A DNA stretch of 53,432 nucleotides from NCBI GenBank assembly GCA_937894955.1, contig CALAXO010000070.1:1-53432 (forward strand), read 5' to 3'. The position numbers and the translations under genes were made by a program. The DNA is from an uncultured Clostridia bacterium. GTDB lineage: Bacteria; Bacillota; Clostridia; Christensenellales; CAG-138. Below are positions 43,225 through 53,292 of this stretch, piece by piece; the first letter of the stretch is position 1, and each line of letters starts with the position of its first letter. The notes below the pieces were generated by a model that worked only from the letters and a program-made list of their open reading frames with translations, did not search any database and was not told where the DNA came from.

Positions 43225-44046
43225 TCAGGTTCGGAAAAACCGCCTGCAAAGCTCCGAAAGCGCGGCCTCGAGCTGCGCACAGCTGCGCCAACCGCTTCCG
43301 ATAGGCGCATTCGGACGGCTTTTTCCGTGGAAATCGCTTCCGCAGGTTGCAAACAGTCCGAATTCACGGGAAAGGGAAGAGAAAAGCCGCGTTTCACCTT
43401 CCGTTGCGGCACCGTAAAAAGCTTCAACGCCCCATATTCCCTTGTCGGCAAGGTCGCGGACAAGCTCATGCGGATCGCATTTTTTCATCAGCATCGGGTG
43501 GGCAAGTATTGCAGCTCCGCCCGCGCCCGCAACGGCATCGATGACAGCCTGCGGAGAGGGGTGTTTTTGCTTTATATCCGCAAGAGCGTCGCTGTTCAGT
43601 ATGCGGCGGAAGGCATCGGCTGTGTTTTCGGCGTGGCCTGCTGCGGTGAGCGCGGCAGCATAGTTTGCGCGGGTTGTGGATTCGCTGCGGATAAGATAAT
43701 CCGAAACATCCATGCCCATTTTGCGCAGCTTGATTTCAAGCAGACGGTTGCGCTCCTCGCGAAGAGCGGTTTGTTCCGCAAGCAGTTTTTGAAAACACGG
43801 CGCGCCGATATCCTGCCCGATGCCGAGAATGTGGAGCGTGTCGGCATAGTCCGCTTCAGCCTCAACTCCGGGAAGCATCCGAAGCCCAAGCTGCGCGGCA
43901 CGCGAGAGTGCGGCGGAAACTCCGCGCACACAATCATGGTCCGTCAATGCAAGCAGCTCAATTCCGGCAGCTTTTGCAAGCTCCGCAATGTGTTCCGGGG
44001 ATTCACTTCCGTCGGAACAGCGGGAGTGTGTGTGCAAATCATACAT
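43225..44046 (-). CDS. PHP-domain phosphoesterase (TrpH/YciV-like)
   Basis: GGAGGAAAACACA RBS before the ATG at 44046. MYDLHTHSRCSDGS...LALTDHD...LAHP...CGSDFHG. Confidence 0.8.
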   Translation of the reverse strand: MYDLHTHSRCSDGSESPEHIAELAKAAGIELLALTDHDCVRGVSAALSRAAQLGLRMLPGVEAEADYADTLHILGIGQDIGAPCFQKLLAEQTALREERNRLLEIKLRKMGMDVSDYLIRSESTTRANYAAALTAAGHAENTADAFRRILNSDALADIKQKHPSPQAVIDAVAGAGGAAILAHPMLMKKCDPHELVRDLADKGIWGVEAFYGAATEGETRLFSSLSREFGLFATCGSDFHGKSRPNAPIGSGWRSCAQLEAALSELCRRFFRT

Positions 44047-44247
44047 TGTGTTTTCCTCCGTGCACACGGCGAAGCCCGTGCGGGTGATTCGGCCGTGCTT
44101 TAGTCTGTCGGAATGCCGACTGTGTTTGAATAATTATACATGAGACCGCGGAGAAATACAACGGCGGAACAAAAACAATATATCCGCCGGAGATGATTGT
44201 CGAAAAAGCATGTATATTGTATAATTAAAGAATGCGGGAGTTTACGC

Positions 44248-45267
44248 ATGAAGGGCGGGAAACTCAAAAATATCGAGGCGAAAACCGATATGATAAACGT
44301 GAAAGAAAAGAAAACCGAACGAACCGAAAAAATCGGGAAAGGACAAACAGCACCGAAAAGAAAGAAAACGGCGGAGGTCAAGCACATTGCGCAGGCGATA
44401 GGCTCAAAACGTTTTCTTGCAATTGTGCTGTGCTGCTGTGCCTGGGCGGTGTTCCATGCAGTGAACATGTATGCCGTTTATTCCGATTTGCTTAAGCGCG
44501 TTCGGGATGCGCTTCCGATTTATTCCGGAGAGGAAATGCAGCGATTTGCGGAGCTGACTTCCGACCTGATATATACTTTCAGAGTCACGGCGGGCATTTA
44601 CTGCATACTTGAATGCATTTTGCCGATTGCGGCGGCGGCGGCATTTGCGGCGGTGCATTGCGATGCACGGCGGGGACAGCTTGCGGAGGGTTCGGGAATT
44701 CCGCTGCTTCGAATGACGCTTGCGGTGCAGGTTGTCATCGGAATTGCCGCAGCCGTGACGCTGTGCCTGCTTATCATCCGTGCGGCGGAACTGGAGCAAG
44801 ATATAATCGTTTTTCGCAAAACCGTACTTAACATCATTGCAACGCCTCCGCCCGTGTTTACTCCGATGCGCATTGCGGCGATAATAATTACTGCGGGCGG
44901 GATAAATGCTGCGCTGTGCACACTTGAATGCTTTTTGTTCCGCATGTTCGGAAATGTTCGGAGTCAGCTTTCTGCGGATTCGAACGGCGGCAGCGCGGAA
45001 ATCCGGCTGCAGCGGGTGGAATATCTGCTGTTTGGTCTCGGGTTTGCTTCGGCGGCGTGTGCGGCTGTTCTGCTTGCGGCGGTTGTGGCAATGGGGCTGC
45101 GGCACCCATCCGTTTACAAAAGCGGAATCATCAATGCGTTCAATCCGCCGGCATTTGCCGCCGCAGCGTGCGCGCTTTTCACCGGTATGAATCTGTGCAG
45201 AAGCTGTGAACAAAACGGAGATGTGAACAATAAGGATAAATTCGCTGCGGAAGATGCAGGCAATTAA
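44248..45267 (+). CDS. Polytopic membrane protein with basic N-terminus (hypothetical)
   Basis: The ORF is open from 44197, and the ATG at 44248 has a GGGAG RBS. About 6 hydrophobic Ala-rich helices. Confidence 0.5.
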   Translation: MKGGKLKNIEAKTDMINVKEKKTERTEKIGKGQTAPKRKKTAEVKHIAQAIGSKRFLAIVLCCCAWAVFHAVNMYAVYSDLLKRVRDALPIYSGEEMQRFAELTSDLIYTFRVTAGIYCILECILPIAAAAAFAAVHCDARRGQLAEGSGIPLLRMTLAVQVVIGIAAAVTLCLLIIRAAELEQDIIVFRKTVLNIIATPPPVFTPMRIAAIIITAGGINAALCTLECFLFRMFGNVRSQLSADSNGGSAEIRLQRVEYLLFGLGFASAACAAVLLAAVVAMGLRHPSVYKSGIINAFNPPAFAAAACALFTGMNLCRSCEQNGDVNNKDKFAAEDAGN

Positions 45268-45295
45268 CGACGGCTGCGAATCCGTTTATAACGAC

Positions 45296-45331
45296 AAAAA
45301 AGCAGAGCCGCTGCGGCGAACTCTGCTTTTT
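45296..45331. terminator. Bidirectional rho-independent terminator
   Basis: AAAAAA-GCAGAG (45302-45307)...CTCTGC (45321-45326)-TTTTT. Confidence 0.6.
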
Positions 45332-45441
45332 GTTGTTCTTGCGGGAAGAGTCTCGGAAAGTCGCTTTTGCGAAAACGGTTTGCTTAACAGCCTTTTTCAC
45401 AAAACACGAAACGTTAACTCAACCGACGGTTGAAGGAACCG

Positions 45442-46551
45442 TTATTTTTCGTCCTTTGAATCGTCACACTCGGAGAACACAGCCCTGAGCCTGTCAAGAA
45501 TATCGATTACATATTCTTTGTTGAGCGTGTAATAGGTTTTGGCGGTGCGCAGATCGCATTCCACAAGGTTTGCCGCAACAAGGCGCGCCATATGATGGGA
45601 AATGGTGGTGGGGTGCAGCGCGGTCTTTTCGGAAAGCTCCTGTCCGTAGGCGGGGCTTTCGCGAAGCAGGTTGATAATGTCCAAACGGCTCGGCTCGGAA
45701 AGGGCTTTGAACAGCATTGCGAGTTCCTCGGGGGACGAGATGATGTCACGAACGCTTGAAACAAGGTCATAACCGATGCCCATGAGAACCATGCCGTTGT
45801 CCTTTCCCGTATTGTCCTGATACTGCTTGATGAAAGCAGCAATATGGTCATACATAAAGATGGAGCAGTAAGGAGTCATTTCGATATTATCGGGAAGTCC
45901 CATTCCGTAGCAGTCATTAATTTTTTTGAGGACGCCGCTGCCTTCGGGATAGCGTTTGGAAAATGCGGAGCAGATTGCCGCAACGTTTGTGCGCTCACGG
46001 CGCATTGCATTGAGGAATCCGTCAACAAGCAGGGATACGCGTTCGGAATAGCTCTTGTATTTGAACAGGAGCTTCATTACGCCGAGTCGGGACTGTTCAT
46101 CAAGGCCGGTGTTTTCAAGCCGCTCATAGAAGGCATCGGAAGTGATCTCATCGGTCACGGTTGCGGTGCCGGGGGATTCGAGAACGCTCAGAATGTCAAC
46201 CATGATGTCTCCATCGGTTTTCGAATAAATATATTCAGTGAAATTATCCGGATCAACACCGTCGCGAATCGCAGGGAAGACCATCATGTATAGAATGCTG
46301 TTGCTGCAGGCGAAGGGTGTGGGACTGCTGCAAACAGGAGTCAACAGCTGACTGAGCTCACGCTTACCCACACGAACAAGGTAGTCAAGGCGATCCTGAA
46401 GGTCTGCAACCGGAGAGAGAAGCCTTAAGAATTCGTTGGTTTTTGAAGGAAATCTTGTGCACAATCTGTCGAGTTCAATGCGAACAAGACGGCCTTCGGC
46501 CCTGCGGTGGAAGTATTGAAGAGCTTCAAAAAGAGGATTGATGTTTATCAT
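45442..46551 (-). CDS. ArsR/SmtB-family HTH regulator with a ~270-aa N-terminal extension
   Basis: The C-terminal LSEPSRLDIINLLRESPAYGQELSEKTALHPTTISHHMARLVAANLV is an ArsR wHTH. The start is ATG 46551 or TTG 46563. Confidence 0.7.
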   Translation of the reverse strand: MININPLFEALQYFHRRAEGRLVRIELDRLCTRFPSKTNEFLRLLSPVADLQDRLDYLVRVGKRELSQLLTPVCSSPTPFACSNSILYMMVFPAIRDGVDPDNFTEYIYSKTDGDIMVDILSVLESPGTATVTDEITSDAFYERLENTGLDEQSRLGVMKLLFKYKSYSERVSLLVDGFLNAMRRERTNVAAICSAFSKRYPEGSGVLKKINDCYGMGLPDNIEMTPYCSIFMYDHIAAFIKQYQDNTGKDNGMVLMGIGYDLVSSVRDIISSPEELAMLFKALSEPSRLDIINLLRESPAYGQELSEKTALHPTTISHHMARLVAANLVECDLRTAKTYYTLNKEYVIDILDRLRAVFSECDDSKDEK

Positions 46552-46635
46552 ACGGGAGACCAACCTTTCGTATTTTTGTTTTATACTCTTTTATTTTAAT
46601 ACATTTAAAAAATATGTCAAGTACAGAATTTCCTG

Positions 46636-46665
46636 TTGACAAGGTATTGTTGGGCATTGTACAAT
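46636..46665 (+). promoter_or_regulatory. Sigma-A promoter (TTGACA, 18 bp, TACAAT) for the S8 protease
   Basis: TTGACA at 46636-46641 and TACAAT at 46660-46665. Confidence 0.5.
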
Positions 46666-46712
46666 GCATAGGATACCAATCCTACAACTGCGGTTGGAGA
46701 AGGATGATAAAC

Positions 46713-49700
46713 ATGAAACTCAAACGTTTGGCGGCACTTGTGCTCGCGGTTATGATGACATTGACCGCGGCTTCCGTGACGGGGCTTTCGAAGCTTGCGG
46801 CGGAAGGAACACAAAAACCCGAAAAGTCCGTTGTTGATGCGACGGGTGCAACATGGTACCACGCCGATGCAGGCGAGGAACTGCGTTTTGATGACGACTC
46901 AAGCTATTGCTTTGAAAGCGAAAGCTGGATTATGCGTCAGAAGAGCGGAAGCACGATTGACGAAGCTGTTTTCGACGGCATCACGCCCGACAATGTTCGG
47001 ACATTGACCAATGAAAACGGCGAGACCTACACCGTTTCAATGTATTCCCAGGCAACGGTTGTTGCAGAACTCAACCGCATGCTCGGCAAGGAAACGAAAA
47101 AACCCGAACGAACCCTTGTTGAAAGGTACAAAATTGATGATGAAGGCATGATTGACGTCATTATCAAGCTTTCCGGCGATGCCGTGCTCGAAAACGGCGG
47201 CGCGGTTCTCGGCGAAGGACTTACCAAACAGCAGTCCGCCGCACGCGAGAAGCTTGCAGCGGAACACGAAATCATTAAAAAGCGCATTGAATGTGCCGCT
47301 TCGGCAATCTCTTTTGAATATGATTTCACCCTGCTCTGCAACGGCTTTGCGGCAAGCGTACCTTTCAACGAGGTTTCGCGCATTGCGGCGGTTGCGGGCG
47401 TTGAAAGCGTTGAATACATGCCCGTGTTTGAAATTCCCACGGAAAGCTATGAGATCGTTCGCCCCGACGACACAAAGATGACGATTGCGAACGATGTTAT
47501 TGAATCCGGCTATGCATGGGATCTCGGCATTGACGGCAGCGGCATGGTTATTGCAATTATCGATACAGGCATCGATACCGATAACGAGTGCTTTGCTCCC
47601 GGACTTGAAACAGTCAAACTGACTCAGGAGGATATCAGCCGCACAATTGCCGAAAATCCGGATATGAACATGCTTGCGCTCCGTCCCGGAACGACTGCGG
47701 AACAGGTTTATATCAACGATAAGATTCCGTTCGCATTTGACTATGCGGATAAGGACTGCAATGTTAACCACGGCGGACAGGCTTCCGCACACGGCACGCA
47801 TGTTGCCGGCATCGCAGCGGGGCAGGCGGTCGAAAGCGCGGGCACAAGCTTCGGCCTGACATCTCTCGGTGTTGCACCCAAGGCACAGATCCTGCCGCTC
47901 AAGGTGTTCAGCGACCGCGATGCTTCCGCAACTCTCGGCAGCGTTGCGGCCGCAATGGAGGATGCGCTCGTTCTCGGTGCGGATGCGATAAACCTCAGCC
48001 TCGGCGCTGTCGGGGGCCCCGTGTATTACGAGGGCTATACGGAAATTTTTGATGCGGCACTTGCCAACGGCATCAATGTTGTTGCTTCCGCGGGCAACTC
48101 CGCTTCTTCCACTTACCACAGCCTTTGGGAAGCGGATCTCGGCCTTACGGATAATCCCGATATCGGCATGGTCGGTATGCCCGGAAGCTTCAATTCCGTT
48201 CTGACGGTTGCAAGTCTTAATAACCCCGAATACTTCGTTGCGATTCAGACTCAGGATGCGCTGCTGTTCGACGATGCATATCCCGAATACGGCGGTTCAT
48301 GGAAATCCCGCTACGACGACAAGGCGGATTATGAGTACAAAGTTGCAACCCGCATCGGCGGACACAGCTATGAGTACAGCATTTTCCATACTGCCATCGA
48401 CAATGCGGATCTTTCCGATGTTTCCGGCAAGCTTCTGTTTGTTGATTATAACTCCGAACTGACGATCGATGAACATGCGGCATTTGCACGCGAAGCGGGT
48501 GCGGCTGCACTGTTTATCTTTGACTCTTCAAGAAAAACGACCTTTGTTGACACGACGAGAGAGGATTGGACCTATCCCGTTGCAGCATACAAATATGATT
48601 CTCTGACCAAAGCGCTTGAACCGTCTCACCCGGCGACGATTCATATTAACCCCTATTGGGATATTGACGATCAGGGCGGTTACATGTCCTCATTCTCAAG
48701 CTGGGGCACAACCGGCGGACTGACCATCAAGCCCGAGATAACGGCTGTCGGCGGCAATGTTTTCTCCGCATATAACGGCAGCGGCGCATACGCACTTTCA
48801 AGCGGCACGTCAATGTCCGCTCCGATGACGGCGGGCAGCGCATTGCTTGTTCGTCAGTATCTGATGAACAATTTCGATATTCCTGCGGCGGAACTTCCGG
48901 AAGTTGTGAACAATCTGCTCATGAGCGCCGCAGCTCCGGTGCTCAATCCCGACGGACTTACCTATTCCCCCCGTTATCAGGGCGCGGGCTTTGAGAACAT
49001 CCGTGCGGCAATGACCGCCGGCGCCTACATCACCACCGAATGCGGCAGGGCAAAGCTTGAACTCGGCGATGACCCGCAGAAAACAGGTGTTTACAACCTT
49101 AATTTCACCGTTGTGAACATGACCGATTCGGACAAGACCTATACTGTTGATGCTTCTGTTCAGACGGAAAGTGCGGAGACGGGCCGGATCAATGCGGACG
49201 GCACCCGCCGTTATCTCATGACTCAGACTCCGCACATTCTGAATTCCGAAATTGCGGGCGACGGCATGATCACGGTTCCCGCAGGCGGTTCAACCGAAGT
49301 TTCCGTAACGATTACGCTCACCGAAGCGGATATCGCTTATATCGAAAATTACTTCCCGAACGGCATATATGTTGAAGGTTTCGTGACTCTCACCGCAGGT
49401 GAGGAGAACGGAGTTGATCTTTCCGCTCCGTTCCTTGCATTCTACGGTGACTGGCTTGCATTGCCCGCAATCGAGCAGAGCAGCTACTATGATTTCACCG
49501 AAATTGAAACAGGTGAATGCGATGCAACCCATGTTGTTAACGGCGTATATACCTATGATGCAAATTACGATGAATATATCGGTCTCGGAACAAGCATGGC
49601 TTGGCCCAACAACAGCGTTTACTCCACGGAAGAACTCGGCACGATGCGCTATGTTGCAAACCGCAACGCGATCTCTCCCAACGGGGACAGTATCCGTGAC

Positions 49701-51242
49701 GCAATCGATGCGATTGTAATCGGTTTGAGTCGCAACGTTGAAAATTTCTGTTACAGTGTTGTGGATGCGGAAACCGGTGTTGAATACTACCGCAAGGATC
49801 TCGGTTTTGTACCGAAGACGTACTACAACGATAATGCGGGTCAGGCACTTTACGTCGGAGCCTATGATAACGAGGAGTTTGACTGGGATTATACCGACCT
49901 TGAAGGCAACCCCCTGCCCAACAACACAAAGCTTACTGTTGCATTCTGTGCGGAATTGGCTTATAATGGCAGGGAACGCACCGAAAAGTGGGAGATGCCG
50001 CTCACGATCGACACCGAAAGCCCCATCAAGAATGTTTCCATGGTCAGCTATGAATGGGAATATGAAGAATGGAGCGATGAGGAAGACGACTATGTCGGCA
50101 CGGGAGAGTACTACCACGTTCCCACTATCGTCATTGACTACAGCGAGAATCAGTATATGGACTGGAATTGCGGCAGGTCTATGAGCGTCGGCGGCGGCAG
50201 CAGCAGCAAAGTGTTCCACAATGCCGTTGAACCCGGCACCGTGCGCGGAACGGCAAAGCTCGGCCTCGGTCCCGATGACTTGAGCGACCTCAACAGTTTC
50301 CTCTTCCTTGAATGCATGATAAGCGACTATGCGGGCAACGGCCTGTTTATTCGCATCGAGCGCGATGATCGCCCCGAAATCTACAACTCCGGCGAACTTT
50401 CCGACAGCGTTGTAAATCTCCGCCCCGGCGAAACTTACACCGTCAGCGCATATTCCGATATCTGGGATTTGTTCACGGATTTCGACTTTGCATGGAGCGT
50501 TGAGGATGAGTCCGTTGCATCGGTTACCCAGAACGAGGGTGACATTTTCTCCGCAACGATAACCGCAAACGAAGTCGGCAGCACCACGCTGAAACTTACG
50601 AACGGTTTCCTTAAAGAGATGACCTGCACGATTAACGTTGTTGCCGAAAGCTACGATATCACCGCCTCCGCAGGGATCGGCGGAACTATTACACCATACG
50701 GCACAACCACTGTTGATTCCCGCAGTTCTGCATCGTATACGATTACTCCGAATGAGGGTTGGCATGTTGCGGATATTATTGTTGACGGCGAATCAGTCGG
50801 TGCCGCAAACGAATACACCTTTGACTGCGTGATTGCAAATCACACGATCGAGGCCGTGTTCGCAAGCGATAACTACTTTAATGTTTATTTCGTTGACTGG
50901 GACGGCACAACGATCAGTGTTCAGACAGTCGGCTACGGCATGGATGCGGAAGCGCCTGCCGACCCCGTACGTGAAGGCTATGATTTCATCGGCTGGAGCG
51001 GATGCTTCACCGGAATCACGGCAAACACCGTCCTTGTTGCGCAATATGAACCCGCAAGCGGAATCCTTGCGGGTGATATTGACGGCGACGGCATTGTGAC
51101 CGCCGCAGATGCTCTGCTCGTTATGCGTTATTGCAGCGACCTTGCGGAGCTGACCCCCGAACAGCTTGAGGCTGCCGACTTTAACGGCAGCGGCGTTGTT
51201 GAACTTATCGACGCGCTGCTTATCCTCCGCGCTGTTGTCTGA
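46713..51242 (+). CDS. Cell-envelope-type S8 subtilisin-like serine protease with PA domain, Listeria-Bacteroides/InlB-B-type repeats and C-terminal type I dockerin
   Basis: Signal peptide MKLKRLAALVLAVMMTLTAASV. Triad contexts VIAIIDTGID, HGTHVAGIAAG and SGTSMSAPMTAG. PA-like LLFVDYNSE...AGAAALFIFD. YFVDWDGTTISVQTVGYGMDAEAPADPVREGYDFIGWSG. Dockerin GDIDGDGIVTAADALLVMRY...ADFNGSGVVELIDALLILR. Confidence 0.9.
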   Translation: MKLKRLAALVLAVMMTLTAASVTGLSKLAAEGTQKPEKSVVDATGATWYHADAGEELRFDDDSSYCFESESWIMRQKSGSTIDEAVFDGITPDNVRTLTNENGETYTVSMYSQATVVAELNRMLGKETKKPERTLVERYKIDDEGMIDVIIKLSGDAVLENGGAVLGEGLTKQQSAAREKLAAEHEIIKKRIECAASAISFEYDFTLLCNGFAASVPFNEVSRIAAVAGVESVEYMPVFEIPTESYEIVRPDDTKMTIANDVIESGYAWDLGIDGSGMVIAIIDTGIDTDNECFAPGLETVKLTQEDISRTIAENPDMNMLALRPGTTAEQVYINDKIPFAFDYADKDCNVNHGGQASAHGTHVAGIAAGQAVESAGTSFGLTSLGVAPKAQILPLKVFSDRDASATLGSVAAAMEDALVLGADAINLSLGAVGGPVYYEGYTEIFDAALANGINVVASAGNSASSTYHSLWEADLGLTDNPDIGMVGMPGSFNSVLTVASLNNPEYFVAIQTQDALLFDDAYPEYGGSWKSRYDDKADYEYKVATRIGGHSYEYSIFHTAIDNADLSDVSGKLLFVDYNSELTIDEHAAFAREAGAAALFIFDSSRKTTFVDTTREDWTYPVAAYKYDSLTKALEPSHPATIHINPYWDIDDQGGYMSSFSSWGTTGGLTIKPEITAVGGNVFSAYNGSGAYALSSGTSMSAPMTAGSALLVRQYLMNNFDIPAAELPEVVNNLLMSAAAPVLNPDGLTYSPRYQGAGFENIRAAMTAGAYITTECGRAKLELGDDPQKTGVYNLNFTVVNMTDSDKTYTVDASVQTESAETGRINADGTRRYLMTQTPHILNSEIAGDGMITVPAGGSTEVSVTITLTEADIAYIENYFPNGIYVEGFVTLTAGEENGVDLSAPFLAFYGDWLALPAIEQSSYYDFTEIETGECDATHVVNGVYTYDANYDEYIGLGTSMAWPNNSVYSTEELGTMRYVANRNAISPNGDSIRDAIDAIVIGLSRNVENFCYSVVDAETGVEYYRKDLGFVPKTYYNDNAGQALYVGAYDNEEFDWDYTDLEGNPLPNNTKLTVAFCAELAYNGRERTEKWEMPLTIDTESPIKNVSMVSYEWEYEEWSDEEDDYVGTGEYYHVPTIVIDYSENQYMDWNCGRSMSVGGGSSSKVFHNAVEPGTVRGTAKLGLGPDDLSDLNSFLFLECMISDYAGNGLFIRIERDDRPEIYNSGELSDSVVNLRPGETYTVSAYSDIWDLFTDFDFAWSVEDESVASVTQNEGDIFSATITANEVGSTTLKLTNGFLKEMTCTINVVAESYDITASAGIGGTITPYGTTTVDSRSSASYTITPNEGWHVADIIVDGESVGAANEYTFDCVIANHTIEAVFASDNYFNVYFVDWDGTTISVQTVGYGMDAEAPADPVREGYDFIGWSGCFTGITANTVLVAQYEPASGILAGDIDGDGIVTAADALLVMRYCSDLAELTPEQLEAADFNGSGVVELIDALLILRAVV

Positions 51243-51402
51243 TTTGCTGCTGACGGCCGTTATCAGGGTACGAGCGGGAACGGCCTTTCAGCAACCCTGC
51301 ATCGGTTCCCCGAACAAAAGCCTATCATCCTTTCTGTCCTTTGCATCCTGACTTTGGTTTTGCAAAGCCGTTCGGAAAATCGGTGCAGGGCATAGAGCCT
51401 GC

Positions 51403-51439
51403 ATTGCCGCAATTGTTGACCGGTTGCGGCAATGTTTTT
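51403..51439 (+). terminator. Rho-independent terminator of the protease gene
   Basis: 10-bp stem ATTGCCGCAA (51403-51412) / TTGCGGCAAT (51424-51433), then GTTTTT. Confidence 0.7.
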
Positions 51440-51577
51440 ACTCCTGAATCAATTTAACGGATACACAGCCTCCGAAGGAAAACAGTGGATCAAATTTTTA
51501 ATATAATGTGATTCGCCCTCTTGAATCCGTTAAAAAAATGTGTTAGACTGATATGCGTACAAAATTTGAACATATTC

Positions 51578-51664
51578 GCCGGTGTGATGGAATTGGCAGA
51601 CGTGACGGACTCAAAATCCGTTGGTAGCAATACCGTGTGGGTTCGAGTCCCACCACCGGCACCA
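51578..51664 (+). tRNA. tRNA-Leu (anticodon CAA), class II with long variable arm
   Basis: GCCGGTG...acceptor pairs with CACCGGC-A-CCA. Anticodon loop CTCAAAA, variable arm GTTGGTAGCAATACC, GTTCGAGTC T-loop, 87 nt. Confidence 0.85.
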
Positions 51665-51665
51665 T

Positions 51666-51716
51666 GGCGAGTGTTCTTACAGCATTTGAAAAGCTGTGAG
51701 GACACTCGCTTTTTTC
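51666..51716 (+). terminator. Terminator after tRNA-Leu
   Basis: GGCGAGTGT (51666-51674) / ACACTCGC (51702-51709), then TTTTTT. Confidence 0.55.
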
Positions 51717-51719
51717 TGC

Positions 51720-53246
51720 TCAAACAGCGGGTCTGTCGTCAGTTGTGTAGCTCACGAACACGCCTTTTCCGGTGTTGACGGTGACGGCCGGGATGGGCAG
51801 TGCCGGTTCGTTGGGAATGTTCATTTCCCCCACGCAGTTGTAGTGAATGCGAAGCCGCTGTACCCATTCGCCGTCGATCTTCTCGGCATTGTAGACCTCG
51901 ATTTTCTCCACCAGTTCGTTGAGCATCCGCGGCGTGAGCTTTCTGGCGCGGGTGTATTTGCGGACGATGGACACGAACATATCCGTTGAGGCTGCGCGGC
52001 TGCTCTGCTTCTCTGTCTCGGAACGGAGCTTTTTTATTTTCTCCGAAAGCTCCTTCTGTTCCTCCTCATAGCGGCGGGACATCTTCGCAAAGCGGTCGTC
52101 GCTGAGCTTGCCGGAAACATTGTCCTCATAGATGCGCTCGAACAGGCCGTCCGGTTCATCGTCGCGGGCAAGGAGTGATTTCAGCTCCTTCTCCTTCAGT
52201 CTGCGCTCCGTTTCCTCCGCCTGCCGGGAGTGACCGATCACTTCCTTGAGAAAATCGTCCTCGTAAAGGCCGGCATACTTCGTCAGACGACGGATTTCGC
52301 CGAGAACGACCTGCTCCAGAAAGTCCACTCTGACATAGTGCGTGGAACCGCAGGTACCGCGATTGCCCTTGTAGTTGGAACAGTTGAAATACTTGATTTC
52401 CGGGTTCCCCTGATTGAAATGAAAGTGAAGGTTGCTCCCGCAGTCGGAACAGACCGGAAGCCCGGAAAACGTGCTCCTTTCGCCGTCCTTCGCTTGACGC
52501 TTTCTCATCCTGCCGCGCTTTTGCTGCACCTGTTCAAAGACGGTCCGCTCAATGATCGACTCATGCACATCCTTGAAAATCGCCCAATTCTCACGGTCAT
52601 TCTCCAGACGCTTCTTGTTCTTGTATGACTTGGAATAGGTCTTGAAGTTGAGAATGTCCCCGCAATACTCCTGCACTGAAAGCATCTTTATGACGCTGGA
52701 GCTGTTCCAATGGGTGGGCGGCAGATCCTTGACCTTGCCGAGACGATTGATCCCCTTGGAGTGCCGGTAGGCGCGCGGGGTCAGGACGCCGTCCTCTTCA
52801 AGCTTCGCGGCAATCTGCTCCGTTCCGACCCCTTCCGGCGTCATGCGGTAAATCCGCCGCACGACCTGCGCCGCTTCCTCGTCCACAATCCAGCGTTTGG
52901 GGTTCTCCGGGTCTTTGATGTACCCGTAAGCAGGCTGCCCCATGGGTTCGCCGGCATTTCCCTTGATCTTGTTGCTGATGCGCCGCTTCTTGCTGATGTC
53001 GCGCGCATACCATTCGTTGAAAAGATTACGGATGGGAGCCAGCTCGTTCTCGCCTTCGTCGGTGTCGATGTTGTCCGAAACAGCGATCAGACGAATGTCG
53101 TGATTGGGGAAGAACTCCTCGGTCAGTCTGCCGACTTCGATGTAGCTAAGACCCAGGCGGCTGAGATCTTTTACAATCAATGTTCCGACATTGCCCGCTT
53201 CAATTTCCTTAATCAACGCTTGAAAGCCGGGGCAATTGAAATTCAC
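51720..53246 (-). CDS. Large serine recombinase (TnpX/TndX-like), N-terminally truncated: catalytic-Ser segment absent, probable pseudogene
   Basis: The resolvase-domain remainder begins at ...DDGFSGVNFNCPGFQALIKEIEAGNVGTLIVKDLSRLG. Recombinase and zinc-ribbon regions follow (CSDCGSNLHF...FNCSNYKGNRGTCGSTHY), then a coiled coil. An in-frame stop lies only 27 codons upstream of the GTG. No RBS. Confidence 0.7.
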   Translation of the reverse strand: MNFNCPGFQALIKEIEAGNVGTLIVKDLSRLGLSYIEVGRLTEEFFPNHDIRLIAVSDNIDTDEGENELAPIRNLFNEWYARDISKKRRISNKIKGNAGEPMGQPAYGYIKDPENPKRWIVDEEAAQVVRRIYRMTPEGVGTEQIAAKLEEDGVLTPRAYRHSKGINRLGKVKDLPPTHWNSSSVIKMLSVQEYCGDILNFKTYSKSYKNKKRLENDRENWAIFKDVHESIIERTVFEQVQQKRGRMRKRQAKDGERSTFSGLPVCSDCGSNLHFHFNQGNPEIKYFNCSNYKGNRGTCGSTHYVRVDFLEQVVLGEIRRLTKYAGLYEDDFLKEVIGHSRQAEETERRLKEKELKSLLARDDEPDGLFERIYEDNVSGKLSDDRFAKMSRRYEEEQKELSEKIKKLRSETEKQSSRAASTDMFVSIVRKYTRARKLTPRMLNELVEKIEVYNAEKIDGEWVQRLRIHYNCVGEMNIPNEPALPIPAVTVNTGKGVFVSYTTDDRPAV

Positions 53247-53292
53247 ACCCGAAAAACCATCGTCGGCTGCTGTACAAAAAGGACTAATAAAT

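Noticed and set aside
43162-44103. 313-aa + strand ORF
   Set aside because: It is antisense to the PHP phosphoesterase (43225-44046), which has the full HTH...DH...H...DFH metal-ligand pattern and a strong RBS.
47037-50765. 360-aa (47037-48119) and 491-aa (49290-50765) minus-strand ORFs
   Set aside because: Both are antisense shadow ORFs inside the S8 protease gene, whose catalytic motifs and domain order are unambiguous.
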